Positions 1 through 9,729 of a stretch of 64,000 bases of DNA are shown here, in pieces; position 1 is the stretch's first letter, and the number at the start of each line of letters is the position of its first letter. The translations under genes and the position numbers were made by a program. Location: contig OZ251518.1 of the NCBI GenBank assembly GCA_965242965.1, positions 992,001 to 1,056,000 of the forward strand, read 5' to 3'. Origin of the DNA: Candidatus Poribacteria bacterium. Lineage in GTDB: Bacteria > Poribacteria > WGA-4E > WGA-3G. Under the pieces are notes generated by a model that saw nothing but the letters and a program-made list of their open reading frames with translations, did no database searches and was not told the DNA's origin.

Positions 1-8
1 TAATAACT

Positions 9-848
9 GAGGGGGTTTCATAAATCCGTGCCCTACGGTGAACGGGGATGATTTCTTAGGTGTTACCGTAGCGCGGGGGCCTGTCCCCCGCGATCTCTCG
101 ACCTAGGCGAAAAATGCCCGCAGCCCCGAGACCCCGGATGGTTGTTGCTCAGATCGGTGCATGGCGAGGGACAGGCCCGCGCCCTACGGTATAGAAGGAG
201 AATTCGAGGCATGGCGAGGGACAGGCCCGCGCCCTACGGTGAAAGGGGCCGTTTTGGATACCGTAGCGCGGGGGCCTGTCCCCCGCGATCTCTCAGGTGT
301 CTGAAGCAGGATTTCCAAGATTCACACGATTTACAAGATTATCTCCGGCGCAACGAGCATTCCTTTTGCAATGATGCCTCTTCAGGTCCTTTAGGTCCTG
401 CATGTCTATAGAAAAACTGCTCTGCCACTGTTTTCAAGGTCCGTTAGGACCTTAATGAAACGAGACATACAGCACAACTGCACATTAAGGTCTTACAGAC
501 CTTAGGGTGCGCTGCGATGCAGGATGCTATAGACATTAAGGTTTTACAGACCTGAGGCATGGCGAGGGACAGGCCCTCGCCCTACGGTGCCGAAGAGACG
601 CGCGCCATTAACGTAGCGCGGGGGCCTGTCCCCCGCGATCTCTCGACCTAGGCGGAAAACGCCCGCCGCCCGGAGACCACGGATGTTTGCTGCTCATGTC
701 GGTGCATGGCGAGGGACAGGCCCGCGCCCTACGATGAACGGGGCAATCAAGCATGGCGAGGGACAGGCCCGCGCCCTACAGTGCAAGCGGCAATCAAGCA
801 TGGCGAGGGCCTGTCCCCGCGCCGTTGAACGAATTATGGAATACCCTG
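9..848. mobile_element. MITE-like unit packed with REP-like palindromes (degenerate copy)
   Basis: Left TIR GAGGGGGTTTCATAA at 9-23. Degenerate right TIR TTATGGAATACCCTG at 834-848, preceded by CGTTGAACGA (cf. CGTTGAGCGA at 3062 and 60427). The interior has many GTAG-hairpin repeats. Confidence 0.55.
383..556. repeat. AGGTC-N-GACCT / CTATAGACAT palindrome cluster (second repeat family)
   Basis: aggtcctttaggtcct, aggtccgttaggacct, taaggtcttacagacctta, with atgtctatag/ctatagacat. The same family occurs at 41200-41277. Confidence 0.7.
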
Positions 849-895
849 ATAATAGATAGAGATATGACGCATCTTCATCACAGCGGAGGCCCAAA

Positions 896-1933
896 ATACG
901 AAATAAGATTGCCAAAATCGTCTTCCCCACGGCACTGGCGATTGTTATCACCTACTTCCTTTTACGGGAAATCGACATCCGAGAGATCCCGAAAACACTG
1001 AGCCGACTTTCTGTCAAAGCACTGTTCATTGGATTCGGCTGTTATTGCTTGCTGGTGTGGTTCAAAACGCTGCGCTTCCGCGAATTGCTGGGATTGGAGC
1101 GTTGCGGCGTGCATCACCTCGTTCCTATCCTCGCCTTGCACACGTTCTGGGGGAATTTCCTGCCGATGCGGACTGGGGACATCTCCTATGTCTATCTGAT
1201 GCAACGGCGGCAGAAAGTGGATGCAACGCAGGGCATCGCCTCGCTCCTGATCGCAAGTCTGATCGATCTGCTCCTGTTAATCGGTTTGATGGTAGGCACA
1301 GCATCGCTGTTGCAAGCACGCTTGCAAGGCATCAGTTGGACATTGCTCTATCTGATGCCGTTGCTCATCGGGGTAGGGCTGCTGACATTGCTGGTGATTG
1401 CGTGCATCGCGCCGAAGTTCTGCATGGCAGTCGCCGAGAGATGCGCCACACCGCTATTGCGCCTTAACCAACCGCCGCTCACGTGGATAGTCACCAAGGG
1501 GATGGCAGTCATCAGCGAAGTTACGCAGCTTGTCAAGGGAGCCACGGCTGTGAAAAGCCATATCCAGCCGTTTCTGAAGGTCTGGGTGTATTCTTTCATC
1601 TGTCTCGCAATTCGGTTTGGGTTTCAGTGCTATCTTGTCGCGGAGATGGGGGTGGGTATTCCGTTGATTGAGGTGCTGTTCGCGCTTGTCTTTACCAACG
1701 TGTTTAACCTGCTACCCATCCAAACCGTCGGTAACTTCGGGACCACCGAGTTTCCGTTTGTGTGGCTGCTTCACCTTTTCGGCACTTCCAAAGCAACAGG
1801 CACTGTCGTCGGATTCAGTCTGCACCTGATTATTTTGTTGTATTGTCTGCCTTTGGGCGCGTTCGGATTTGTATTCGGCAGGACGCAACGCGAACCCGGT
1901 AGGCGCAGATCGCGCAAAGGAGAAATAACATGA
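896..1933 (+). CDS. Lysylphosphatidylglycerol synthase TM / flippase-like (UPF0104) membrane protein
   Basis: Multi-TM protein with NFLPMRTGD and LPIQTVGNFGTTE motifs. The frame is open from 860. A GGAGG SD precedes ATA at 896, which adds a hydrophobic N-terminal helix. The first canonical start is TTG 1049. Confidence 0.75.
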   Translation: MRNKIAKIVFPTALAIVITYFLLREIDIREIPKTLSRLSVKALFIGFGCYCLLVWFKTLRFRELLGLERCGVHHLVPILALHTFWGNFLPMRTGDISYVYLMQRRQKVDATQGIASLLIASLIDLLLLIGLMVGTASLLQARLQGISWTLLYLMPLLIGVGLLTLLVIACIAPKFCMAVAERCATPLLRLNQPPLTWIVTKGMAVISEVTQLVKGATAVKSHIQPFLKVWVYSFICLAIRFGFQCYLVAEMGVGIPLIEVLFALVFTNVFNLLPIQTVGNFGTTEFPFVWLLHLFGTSKATGTVVGFSLHLIILLYCLPLGAFGFVFGRTQREPGRRRSRKGEIT

Positions 1934-2748
1934 GAATTATCGACCCGCACGTTCACGTGTGGAAAAATGACCCGAGGTTCCCGTGGGCACCGGAGACGAC
2001 GAACCCACCCTCCGAAGATGCCACCGCGGAAATGTTGCTGGAATTGATGGCCGCCAACGGCGTTGAAAAAACAGTCCTCGTCCAGGTCATCCACTATCGG
2101 TGGGATAATAGTTACGCGGCGGACGCGATGAAGCGGTATCCGGATAAATTCATGGGCGTGTGCCGAATTAATCCCGAAGACCCGGGCGCACCGGAGCATC
2201 TCAGCCGTTGGACAGAAGAGCACGGTTTCCACGGCGTGCGGCTGAGCCCTTCAACGGGTCCCGCGGGAGATTGGTTCACTGGGCCCTTAATGCCTCCCAT
2301 TTTCAGACGCGCTGAAACACTCGGCGTGCCGATGCTGATTTTGACAGGACCGGAACGGCTGGCTGACTTGGTGCCGTTATTAGAACAACACGGAGATCTG
2401 GATGTCGTGGTAGATCACATGGCAGATTGTTCGCCTGCGGAGCCCGAAAAACTTGATTTGCTCCTGAACCTTGCGCGCTTCCCGCGCGTCTATGTGAAGA
2501 TTAGTCATACCTGGTCCCTCTCGCAGGAGCGGTATCCGTGGGCAGACACGCTCGCTCAGGTGAAGAGGGTGTATCACGCTTTTGGCGGCAATCGGATAAT
2601 GTGGGGGACAGATTGGCCGGTCTGTCTGAAGCGTGCGAGTTATGCGGAAACGCTGTCGGTTGTCCGCGATGAGATGGATTTCTTCACGGCTGAGGATAGG
2701 GAGTGGGTTTTGGGGAAAACGGCGTTGCGGCTCTGGAAATTCGATTAG
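1930..2748 (+). CDS. Amidohydrolase family protein (Amidohydro_2)
   Basis: IDPHVH metal motif, VVDHM, MWGTDWP. ATGA overlap with the upstream stop. Confidence 0.9.
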   Translation: MRIIDPHVHVWKNDPRFPWAPETTNPPSEDATAEMLLELMAANGVEKTVLVQVIHYRWDNSYAADAMKRYPDKFMGVCRINPEDPGAPEHLSRWTEEHGFHGVRLSPSTGPAGDWFTGPLMPPIFRRAETLGVPMLILTGPERLADLVPLLEQHGDLDVVVDHMADCSPAEPEKLDLLLNLARFPRVYVKISHTWSLSQERYPWADTLAQVKRVYHAFGGNRIMWGTDWPVCLKRASYAETLSVVRDEMDFFTAEDREWVLGKTALRLWKFD

Positions 2749-2757
2749 CAAAAAAAG

Positions 2758-2786
2758 TTGCTTTTCCGCGCGATATCGTGTATAAT
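2758..2786 (+). promoter_or_regulatory. sigma70-like promoter
   Basis: TTGCTT-N17-TATAAT, immediately upstream of the MITE insertion. Confidence 0.6.
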
Positions 2787-2792
2787 TTACGT

Positions 2793-3087
2793 GAGGGGGT
2801 TTCATAACTCCGTTTTGGTATTTATCCTGTCTCGGAGGGAGGGCGAATACCAGAAGGCATCGGGCCCATCTCTGTAGTTCGGGAGCACCCGCTCCCGAAC
2901 GTTCAGGATCAGGCGATCCTGCCCTACAGGAGTGATGCAGTCTGACAGCCGAACGCATGGCGAGGGACAGGCCCTCGCCCTACGTGAAGGGGAGGCGTTT
3001 TTTTCACCGCAGCGCAGGGCCCTCGGATGCCACACGCGCATCCGAGCGGGTTTCACCGCGACGTTGAGCGATTTATGAAACACCCTC
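2793..3087. mobile_element. 295-bp MITE-like element with 15-bp TIRs and 9-bp target-site duplication
   Basis: TIRs GAGGGGGTTTCATAA / TTATGAAACACCCTC (14/15 match). AATTTACGT is duplicated at 2784-2792 and 3088-3096. The cargo is several REP-like hairpins, with no transposase. Confidence 0.85.
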
Positions 3088-3152
3088 AATTTACGTGAAT
3101 TGATGGCGCGCATCGCGCAATCTAAAATCATAAATTCAAAAGAGGTTTTATT

Positions 3153-4853
3153 ATGGTGAAACATCAGAAAATTATCGTGCTTATTTTAGCCATCGCCTTG
3201 ATTGCCTACAGTGCGCAAGGCGTTAGCCACGCACAAAATATCCCGGCAAACCAGATTTATGCCGAGGCGATGCATTCTGTGGTGTGGATTAACCACACCG
3301 ACAACGCCTTTCAAGGGAGCGGCGTGCTGATTGACAAGGACAAGCGGTTCGTTGTTACTAACGCACACGTGACAGAAGGCGCGAAGTGGGTAGAGGTATT
3401 TTTCCCGGTGCCCGACTTGGAGGGGACCCTGATTCAGAGTCGCGACTACTATGAAATGAATTACGAGTTTCTTGAACGGCTCGGCTATGCTACGTCGGGC
3501 CGTGTCATCGCAGAAAATGTTACGAGAGACTTGGCGATTGTGGAACTCACGGGGCTCCCCGCGACTGCGCGCGAGATTCGCCACGACTTCAACCCGCTAC
3601 TCCCGCTTACCCCGCGCATCGGAGAGACTGTCCATATCCTCGGTAACCCTAGCGAGCGAGCCCTGTGGCGTTGGACACCCGGGCTTTATCAAGGGCTGGA
3701 TGCAGGTTGGTTGTTCCTCAATGCGAATGTGTTGGGCGGCAACAGCGGTGGGCCGGTTCTCAACGCGCAAGGTATGCTCATCGGGATTATCTCGTTGGGC
3801 GATGATGCTGTGAATGCCTGGGCCGTCCGCGCGGAACACATAGAGAGTTTGCTGAATACGGTGCAACCCGTGCCTACGTTCAAAATCACAAACGTTTCGG
3901 CATTTAAGCTAACCTATCATGTCAAATGGTCAAATGATGACAGTTGGGTGCAATCTTCTCTCAACCCTGGCGGTGCTTTTTATCACTATCGGCCGGGCGC
4001 AACAGTTCTCCAAGGGTATCCTAAAATCGCTGTAGGTGATTATGTCTGGTCGGTTTCCGCTGAAGAGGGTTACTTCGGTGCAGACTACCAGAATCAGGTA
4101 ACCGATGCGGATGCGCGTCTATACCATTTTGAGTATGATGCTGTCGCAGGAGTCTGGGATCTTTACGATGTTGATGTCCTGCTCCCGGAGGATGTCAACA
4201 ACGACGATGTCGTCAACATGTGGGATTTAACATTCGTTTGGCGAGTCTTGCTGAACACGGCGGACGTTAATGGAGATGGACTTATCAATAATGCCGATGC
4301 CATTTTGGTGCAGGCCGCCGATGTGAACGGAGATGGAAAGGTTGACATCGATGACCTTCTGCAAGTTGCGAGTTGGTTAGGAGCGGATGAACTGTCTGCG
4401 CCTTCACATTCGCAGGGGCCCTTGGCTTTCACCGCGGCGGATGTTCAGCAGTGGCTCCTCCAAGCGAAGCAGTTTGGCACGCGCGAGCCCACTTATGAAA
4501 AGGGAATTCGCGTGCTTGAGCAGCTCTTGGCGACGCTGCGGCAAGTAGAAGCGAAGCCGAAAGAGACGGCTCTATTGCCCAACTACCCAAATCCGTTCAA
4601 TCCGGAAACATGGGTGCCGTATCAGTTGGCGGCGGCGGCGGATGTCACGCTGACTATCTATGCCGTGGATGGGACGTTGGTTCGGACGTTAGCGTTGGGA
4701 CATCGTCCTGCTGGCAAGTATCAGAGCAAGAGCCGTGCTGCGTATTGGGACGGCCGCAATGCGCTCGGTGAACCTGTGGCAAGCGGGATTTACTTTTACA
4801 CGCTCACCGCAGGCGATTTCTCGGCGACAGGGAAAATGTTGGTGAGGAAATAG
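3153..4853 (+). CDS. Secreted trypsin-like serine protease with dockerin-type repeats and FlgD/T9SS-like C-terminal domain
   Basis: Signal peptide; catalytic triad motifs TNAHV, DLA, GNSGGP; three DVNxDG repeats; C-terminal NYPNPFNPETW...WDGRN..GEPVASGIYFY. Confidence 0.9.
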   Translation: MVKHQKIIVLILAIALIAYSAQGVSHAQNIPANQIYAEAMHSVVWINHTDNAFQGSGVLIDKDKRFVVTNAHVTEGAKWVEVFFPVPDLEGTLIQSRDYYEMNYEFLERLGYATSGRVIAENVTRDLAIVELTGLPATAREIRHDFNPLLPLTPRIGETVHILGNPSERALWRWTPGLYQGLDAGWLFLNANVLGGNSGGPVLNAQGMLIGIISLGDDAVNAWAVRAEHIESLLNTVQPVPTFKITNVSAFKLTYHVKWSNDDSWVQSSLNPGGAFYHYRPGATVLQGYPKIAVGDYVWSVSAEEGYFGADYQNQVTDADARLYHFEYDAVAGVWDLYDVDVLLPEDVNNDDVVNMWDLTFVWRVLLNTADVNGDGLINNADAILVQAADVNGDGKVDIDDLLQVASWLGADELSAPSHSQGPLAFTAADVQQWLLQAKQFGTREPTYEKGIRVLEQLLATLRQVEAKPKETALLPNYPNPFNPETWVPYQLAAAADVTLTIYAVDGTLVRTLALGHRPAGKYQSKSRAAYWDGRNALGEPVASGIYFYTLTAGDFSATGKMLVRK

Positions 4854-4894
4854 GGATTTTCTGTGGGGCGGGGACTGTTTCGCGACGGTTTGAA

Positions 4895-5090
4895 GGTTCG
4901 CGGGGGACAGGCCCCCGCGCTACGGTTATTGCGCGCGTCTCTCGCGGCAGGATTCGCGGGGGACAGGCCCCCGCGCTACGGAACTGAGTGAGTCTCTCGC
5001 GGCAGGATTCGCGGGGGACAGGCCCCCGCGCTACGGAACTGAGTGAGTCTCTCGCGGCACCGTAGGGCGCGGGCCTGTCCCGCGCCAGAT
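4895..5090. repeat. Tandem array of REP-like units (~59-bp period)
   Basis: Three copies of ttcgcgggggacaggcccccgcgctacgg with near-identical linkers, plus one inverted copy. Confidence 0.85.
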
Positions 5091-5102
5091 TCAGGAGGAA
5101 AT

Positions 5103-6695
5103 ATGAAAAAGTTTGGCATCCGCGGTCCCGTGATACCGGCGGAGCACTACGTTGTGTCGCGGACTACGGAAATCGCTGATTTCATCGCACGGATGCAAGA
5201 AGGACATTACATCGTCCTCTTTGCGCCGCGCCAAACAGGCAAGACGACGTTCTTCAGGAATGCCCTTGCCGCGCTCACAGCGGAAGAAAAAGGGGCCTAT
5301 TTCCCGATTCATCTCAATTTTGAAATTTATGAAGACTGCAGCTCTACCGAGTTTTACAAAGGGTTCTCCGATCATATTCTCAAAGAGATTGCGGGTGTTT
5401 TTCAGCGGGAAGGAGAAAAGCCGCCGGAGGCACTAACGACACTTTTGGAAAACACAAAACTGACGAATGCGCTCTCGATGAGAAGATTCTTTACGCAACT
5501 AGGGCAATTGTTAACCCCGCGGCGGTTTGTCCTCATTATTGACGAGTTTGCTGCTATTCCGCCGACAGCCGTGAAAGGCTTCCTCCGCACTCTCCGGCAT
5601 ATTTATCTTTCGGGAAAACCTCGATGCCCGCATAGCGTTGGGATTGTCGGCGTTAAGAACATCACGCAGCTAAACTACGATAGGACTATCTCGCCGTTCA
5701 ATATCCAAGAGCAGTTTTATTTGCCGAACTTCACCCGTGCTCAAGTGCAGGAGTTGCTCGAACAATATACGGCCGAGGTCGGACAACGCTTTGAACCTGA
5801 AGTTATCACGGCACTGCACCGGCAAACGGCAGGGCAGCCGTTCCTTGTAAACCGAGCGGCGCAGATACTCACCGAAGAGTTAGACGTGCCAAAGACGTTG
5901 CCGATAACGCCGGCGCATTGGGCGAAGGCACACGCCGCTCTGCTTGAGGAAGACAACGTCAATTTCGCGCATCTCACTACCAATGTCCGCCGAGACCCGA
6001 GATTTGGCAGGTTCCTGATGCGAGTCACGTCTTACGATGAAGGCGTTCGCTTCAACCTGCGGCGCGAGATTATTGATGAATTGGCAACCTACGGTGTCAT
6101 TTCAAAAGGCTCTGATGGGATGTGTGAGATTGCTAATCCGATGTATCATTATGTCATCCTGCAGACGTTTGAACCTGAATTCAACGGGTTGGAGCATGAG
6201 TATTTCCGCAAGGACACCGGCGACAGTTTCCGGGGTTACCTCACCGCTACCGGGCAGATTGCGATGGCGCGGTTGTTAGAGAACTTCTGCGATTTTATCG
6301 CGCGCGCAGGGTTCCGAATCCTCCAAGTGCCGGCGTTGCCGCAGGAGTATATTGGACAGCATCTGTTGTTTGCGTATCTGGATAATTTCGTGCGTCAGGT
6401 GCATGGGACAATTCATATTGAGGTGCCGACAGGACGGGGCCGGATGGATGTGCTGGTGACGCACAATCTGCGCAAATACATCGTTGAGACAAAGATTTGG
6501 CAAGGAGAGCAATCTTATCGGGCTGGCAAGCGGCAATTGGCGGCTTACCTCAAATTGGAAGATGCTTTGGAGGGCTACTACGTTGTGTTCGATCACCGTT
6601 CGGAACCCGTGCCGCGCGTGGAGACAGAGACAGTGGACGGTCTCACTATTCGGAGTTATGTGATTCCTGTGGTGCAAGCGCGGCCTTCTGATTGA
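5103..6695 (+). CDS. AAA-like ATPase with C-terminal PD-(D/E)XK nuclease domain
   Basis: Walker A APRQTGKTT, Walker B LIIDEF, TAGQPFLV, C-terminal GRMDVL...IVETK. SD GGAGG before ATG 5103. Confidence 0.85.
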   Translation: MKKFGIRGPVIPAEHYVVSRTTEIADFIARMQEGHYIVLFAPRQTGKTTFFRNALAALTAEEKGAYFPIHLNFEIYEDCSSTEFYKGFSDHILKEIAGVFQREGEKPPEALTTLLENTKLTNALSMRRFFTQLGQLLTPRRFVLIIDEFAAIPPTAVKGFLRTLRHIYLSGKPRCPHSVGIVGVKNITQLNYDRTISPFNIQEQFYLPNFTRAQVQELLEQYTAEVGQRFEPEVITALHRQTAGQPFLVNRAAQILTEELDVPKTLPITPAHWAKAHAALLEEDNVNFAHLTTNVRRDPRFGRFLMRVTSYDEGVRFNLRREIIDELATYGVISKGSDGMCEIANPMYHYVILQTFEPEFNGLEHEYFRKDTGDSFRGYLTATGQIAMARLLENFCDFIARAGFRILQVPALPQEYIGQHLLFAYLDNFVRQVHGTIHIEVPTGRGRMDVLVTHNLRKYIVETKIWQGEQSYRAGKRQLAAYLKLEDALEGYYVVFDHRSEPVPRVETETVDGLTIRSYVIPVVQARPSD

Positions 6696-6703
6696 AATTC
6701 AGT

Positions 6704-6935
6704 TGGGGGGTTCTTAACGTAGGACGAGGGCCTGTCCCTCGTCATGCGTCTTGCTGTCAGAGCGCATCACCTCTGTAGGGCAAGATCGTCTGAAGTTCTG
6801 GCATACCTGCCAAACGATCCTGAACCGTTCGGGAGCGGGCACTCCCGAACTACAGAGGTGGGCCCGATGCCTTTCGGTATTCGCCCTCCCCCCAAGGGGG
6901 AAATAAATACCGAAACGGAGTTATGAAACACCCTC
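6704..6935. mobile_element. Inverted copy of the MITE-like element
   Basis: 6775-6935 is the reverse-complement homologue of 2793-2930 and ends in TTATGAAACACCCTC. Degenerate left TIR tggggggttcttaa. Confidence 0.65.
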
Positions 6936-6944
6936 ACCTGAAAA

Positions 6945-7250
6945 GTGGGGCACGGCGAGGGACAGGCCCTCGCCCTACGGTGGGGCGGCAGCGTTCGTAG
7001 GCGAGACCTCCCGGTCTCGATTTCTTCCATGCAGGCCCTCGCCCTACGGGGGAGATGGCGGCACTTGAAAAGCAAAGCACGGCGAGGGACAGGCCATCGC
7101 CCTACGGTGGGGGCGGCAGCGTTCGTAGGAGAGACCTCCCGGTCTCGATTTCTTCCATGCAGGCCCTCGCCCTACGGGGGAGGAGGCATCTGAAAAGCGA
7201 AGCATGGCGAGGGACAGGCCATCGCCCTACGGTGGGGGCGGCATCTGACG
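6945..7250. repeat. BIME-like cluster of REP-like palindromes
   Basis: Alternating ggcgagggacaggccctcgccctacgg and gtaggagagacctcccggtctcga units in duplicated blocks. Confidence 0.85.
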
Positions 7251-7273
7251 GGGGACGCGGAATGAATTGGGGA

Positions 7274-8449
7274 TTACTGTCGGGCATGTTGCGAGGCCGC
7301 TGGCGCGCGATATGAAACCGCAAGATGCGGTGTCTCTAATTGCCGATATCCCTGCATACGAGAGGTGAGACAACTCTCCAAGATGCCGCTAACGAGCATT
7401 GTCCGTTCCGCTGGATATGGCGCAACGCCGGTTTTGAACAACTCCTCTATCTTCGCTATGAGGCACGCCGAATAGGTGACGTTCGGGGTAGGCGTTAATA
7501 AAAACTGCGTTGACACCGGCACAGGATTATTCTTCAACCGCGCGGCGAAGCAGTAGTCTCGCACCGCGCCGTTGAGCATGAGGAGCGTCGCTTTCAAGCC
7601 ATCTTCGTAATAGATGAAGTAAGCGGACGGATTTTCGACTAGGGTTTTCAATGCGCCGCTGCCGAGCAGGTCTTGCGTTCTCCCATCCTCTAGCGTCAAT
7701 CCGCACGGCGTATCGCTTCGGGAGAGCGCGGCTTCTAAGAGTTCGTGCGAAAACGCACCGGCTTCTTCCCAAACGGCATCACCTTCAAGCATTTGGACGG
7801 CATACACGCCGGTTTCGCCGCCTTTTCGGCGTTCGAGCATGCACTGCATCGCTTCCAAGGCGTGATAATCCATCGGGTCTGAGCCGCCTACGCCTACCAT
7901 AAGCGCGCTGACTATCTCGGACTCCAGCGGCAATTCGACATCGGGCAGCCGCCACGTGACAGGGAGCGATGAGCCGGCGAGCAAGCCGAAACCGAGTCGC
8001 TGCGCATCGGCAACCATCTCCTGTGCTTTCTCGAAACTATAGGAGAGGTGCTTGTCGTTGAAGATAGGCACGGCGCGTCCATCTTCCTCAAATACCTTGA
8101 CGCACGCCTTGAAAAATTCATATCGCGGGTAAAGCACCTGTCCTTTTTCGTTGGTGGGATACTCGCCGTGTTCACCGATGAGCAACACCGCATCAACGGC
8201 GAGTTTATCGCCGCCGCATCGGAGTGCTTCGGCGATGGTGGGATAGACAGCGAAGCCGAATTCACGGGCGCGTTCTTCCCCCTGGTCTCCTTCTGGCCGC
8301 TGATCAACGTAGAGAGAGACGATTTTCATATCTGGACGGTGCCACCTGCCTTCGCGCGGATAGCCGACGAGAAACCGGTCGGCGAAGTGTTGCGCGTGGG
8401 ATAGGTAACGGTAAACGGTAGTGATAACCGCGATGCGTTGGGTAGCCAT
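7274..8449 (-). CDS. Conserved hypothetical protein, Gfo/Idh/MocA-like oxidoreductase fold (paralogue 2)
   Basis: VLLIGEHG, FNDKHL, GSSLPVTWR, DYHALE motifs. Start ATG overlaps the upstream TAA, with SD GGAGG. Confidence 0.75.
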   Translation of the reverse strand: MATQRIAVITTVYRYLSHAQHFADRFLVGYPREGRWHRPDMKIVSLYVDQRPEGDQGEERAREFGFAVYPTIAEALRCGGDKLAVDAVLLIGEHGEYPTNEKGQVLYPRYEFFKACVKVFEEDGRAVPIFNDKHLSYSFEKAQEMVADAQRLGFGLLAGSSLPVTWRLPDVELPLESEIVSALMVGVGGSDPMDYHALEAMQCMLERRKGGETGVYAVQMLEGDAVWEEAGAFSHELLEAALSRSDTPCGLTLEDGRTQDLLGSGALKTLVENPSAYFIYYEDGLKATLLMLNGAVRDYCFAARLKNNPVPVSTQFLLTPTPNVTYSACLIAKIEELFKTGVAPYPAERTMLVSGILESCLTSRMQGYRQLETPHLAVSYRAPAASQHARQ

Positions 8450-9678
8450 TAGTTCCTCCAAAAAGTCGACTCTTCTGTCGCTTGATAGACAATGTCAAGG
8501 TGCGGTGTTTCCTGCCGCGCGCCATCTGCAAAGAGACTCTCCACGCCTGCCGCTACGAGTCCTGTCGTTAGCAGCGTCCGTTCAACGGGATAGGTTGCCT
8601 TGCCGGTTATGAACATCTGCTCAACGTTGTTGACGAGAGGCGAGAAGAAGTTTGCCAACGTCGTCCGTGCGGGCGGCATTGGGAGATACATCTGCGTGGA
8701 TAACACGGCGTTGTCGTTTCCGATGTAGGCGGCGAAGTTGAAGTCCTGCACCAATCCGTTCATTAGAATCATGGTGGATTTCAGTCCATCGCAATGTTCG
8801 TAGTGATACGCAATCGGTTCGGGGACAATCTCCTTCATTTCGTCTAACGTTGGGAACGTATTGTTAAACCCGGCGCGTGCCGGTGTCAGCGTATGACTGC
8901 GGCAGAGTGCAGATTCAAAGAGTTCGCGGGACCAGAGTCGGGTGTGGTGTGCCTCCCAAAACGCGTCGCCGCGGTATGCCTTCAGCCATTTCACGCCGGT
9001 TTCCCCGCCTTCGCGTCGTTCCACCATGCATTGCAGCGTCTCTAGTGCATGGAAATCGTAACTATCCACGCCGCCGTATCCGACGCACACTGCTTCAGTG
9101 ACTGGGGTGCCGAGAGGCATCTCAATAGCGGGGGTGCGCCACGTTACGGGCAGCGAAGAGCCCGCCATGAACGCGAACGCCATTGATTGCGAGATGTCGT
9201 ACATTTCACGCGCCCAGTCCCAGTTCCATGAAAGGTGTTTGTCATTGAAAACTGGCACGCCGCGTCCGCTTTTCTCAAAGACCTCCGCCACCTGCTTGAA
9301 ATGTTCGTAGCGCGGATAGAGGCGTTGTCCCTTCTCATTGGTGGGATACTCGCCGTGTTCACCGATGAGGAGGACACCGTCCACGGCTAATTCTTCACCG
9401 CCGCGCGTCAACGTTTCCGCAATGGTGGGATAGGATTCCACAAGTGGGTAACGTTCTAGGCGTTCACCGCTCAAGTCATTTTCTCCTACCTGTTCCACGT
9501 GGAGGGAGATCAGATCCATCTTGGGATAATGGTGTCGGCTGTTCCAGCCGTAGCCGTCCAAAAACCTGTCAACGATGTGTTGCGCATGCGAGTATTTGTG
9601 GTAAATTGTCGCAATTGCGGCGATTTTTGGCCGGAATTGATAAGCTTCTCTAAAAGGCATAGTTTGTTTCCTTGTCAT
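8449..9678 (-). CDS. Conserved hypothetical protein, Gfo/Idh/MocA-like oxidoreductase fold (paralogue 1)
   Basis: Same motifs as its neighbour (VLLIGEHGEYPTNEKGQ identical). The ORF extension to 9804 is repeat-derived. Start is 9678 or 9660. Confidence 0.75.
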   Translation of the reverse strand: MTRKQTMPFREAYQFRPKIAAIATIYHKYSHAQHIVDRFLDGYGWNSRHHYPKMDLISLHVEQVGENDLSGERLERYPLVESYPTIAETLTRGGEELAVDGVLLIGEHGEYPTNEKGQRLYPRYEHFKQVAEVFEKSGRGVPVFNDKHLSWNWDWAREMYDISQSMAFAFMAGSSLPVTWRTPAIEMPLGTPVTEAVCVGYGGVDSYDFHALETLQCMVERREGGETGVKWLKAYRGDAFWEAHHTRLWSRELFESALCRSHTLTPARAGFNNTFPTLDEMKEIVPEPIAYHYEHCDGLKSTMILMNGLVQDFNFAAYIGNDNAVLSTQMYLPMPPARTTLANFFSPLVNNVEQMFITGKATYPVERTLLTTGLVAAGVESLFADGARQETPHLDIVYQATEESTFWRN

Positions 9679-9729
9679 GCGATGTTCGCGGCGGACAGAG
9701 CCTCCGCGCCACGGTACGGTATCGTATTT

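Noticed and set aside
142-1001. Short ORFs with MARDRPAPY / RSAGACPPRS / GEGQALALR peptides (also near 6.7-7.3, 9.7-9.9, 33.4, 37.7, 41.2, 46.2, 54.9, 56.1 and 60.2 kb)
   Set aside because: They are translations of intergenic REP clusters, with no SD or family motifs.
4895-5090. Regularly spaced ~29-bp palindromic repeats resembling a CRISPR array
   Set aside because: The linkers are near-identical rather than unique spacers, the same unit is dispersed in both orientations, and there are no cas genes.
5043-5102. N-terminal extensions of track ORFs (5043, 9804, 10956, 11270, 49334)
   Set aside because: They run through repeats, neighbouring genes or the IS end. Downstream starts, most with an SD or a stop/start overlap, fit better.
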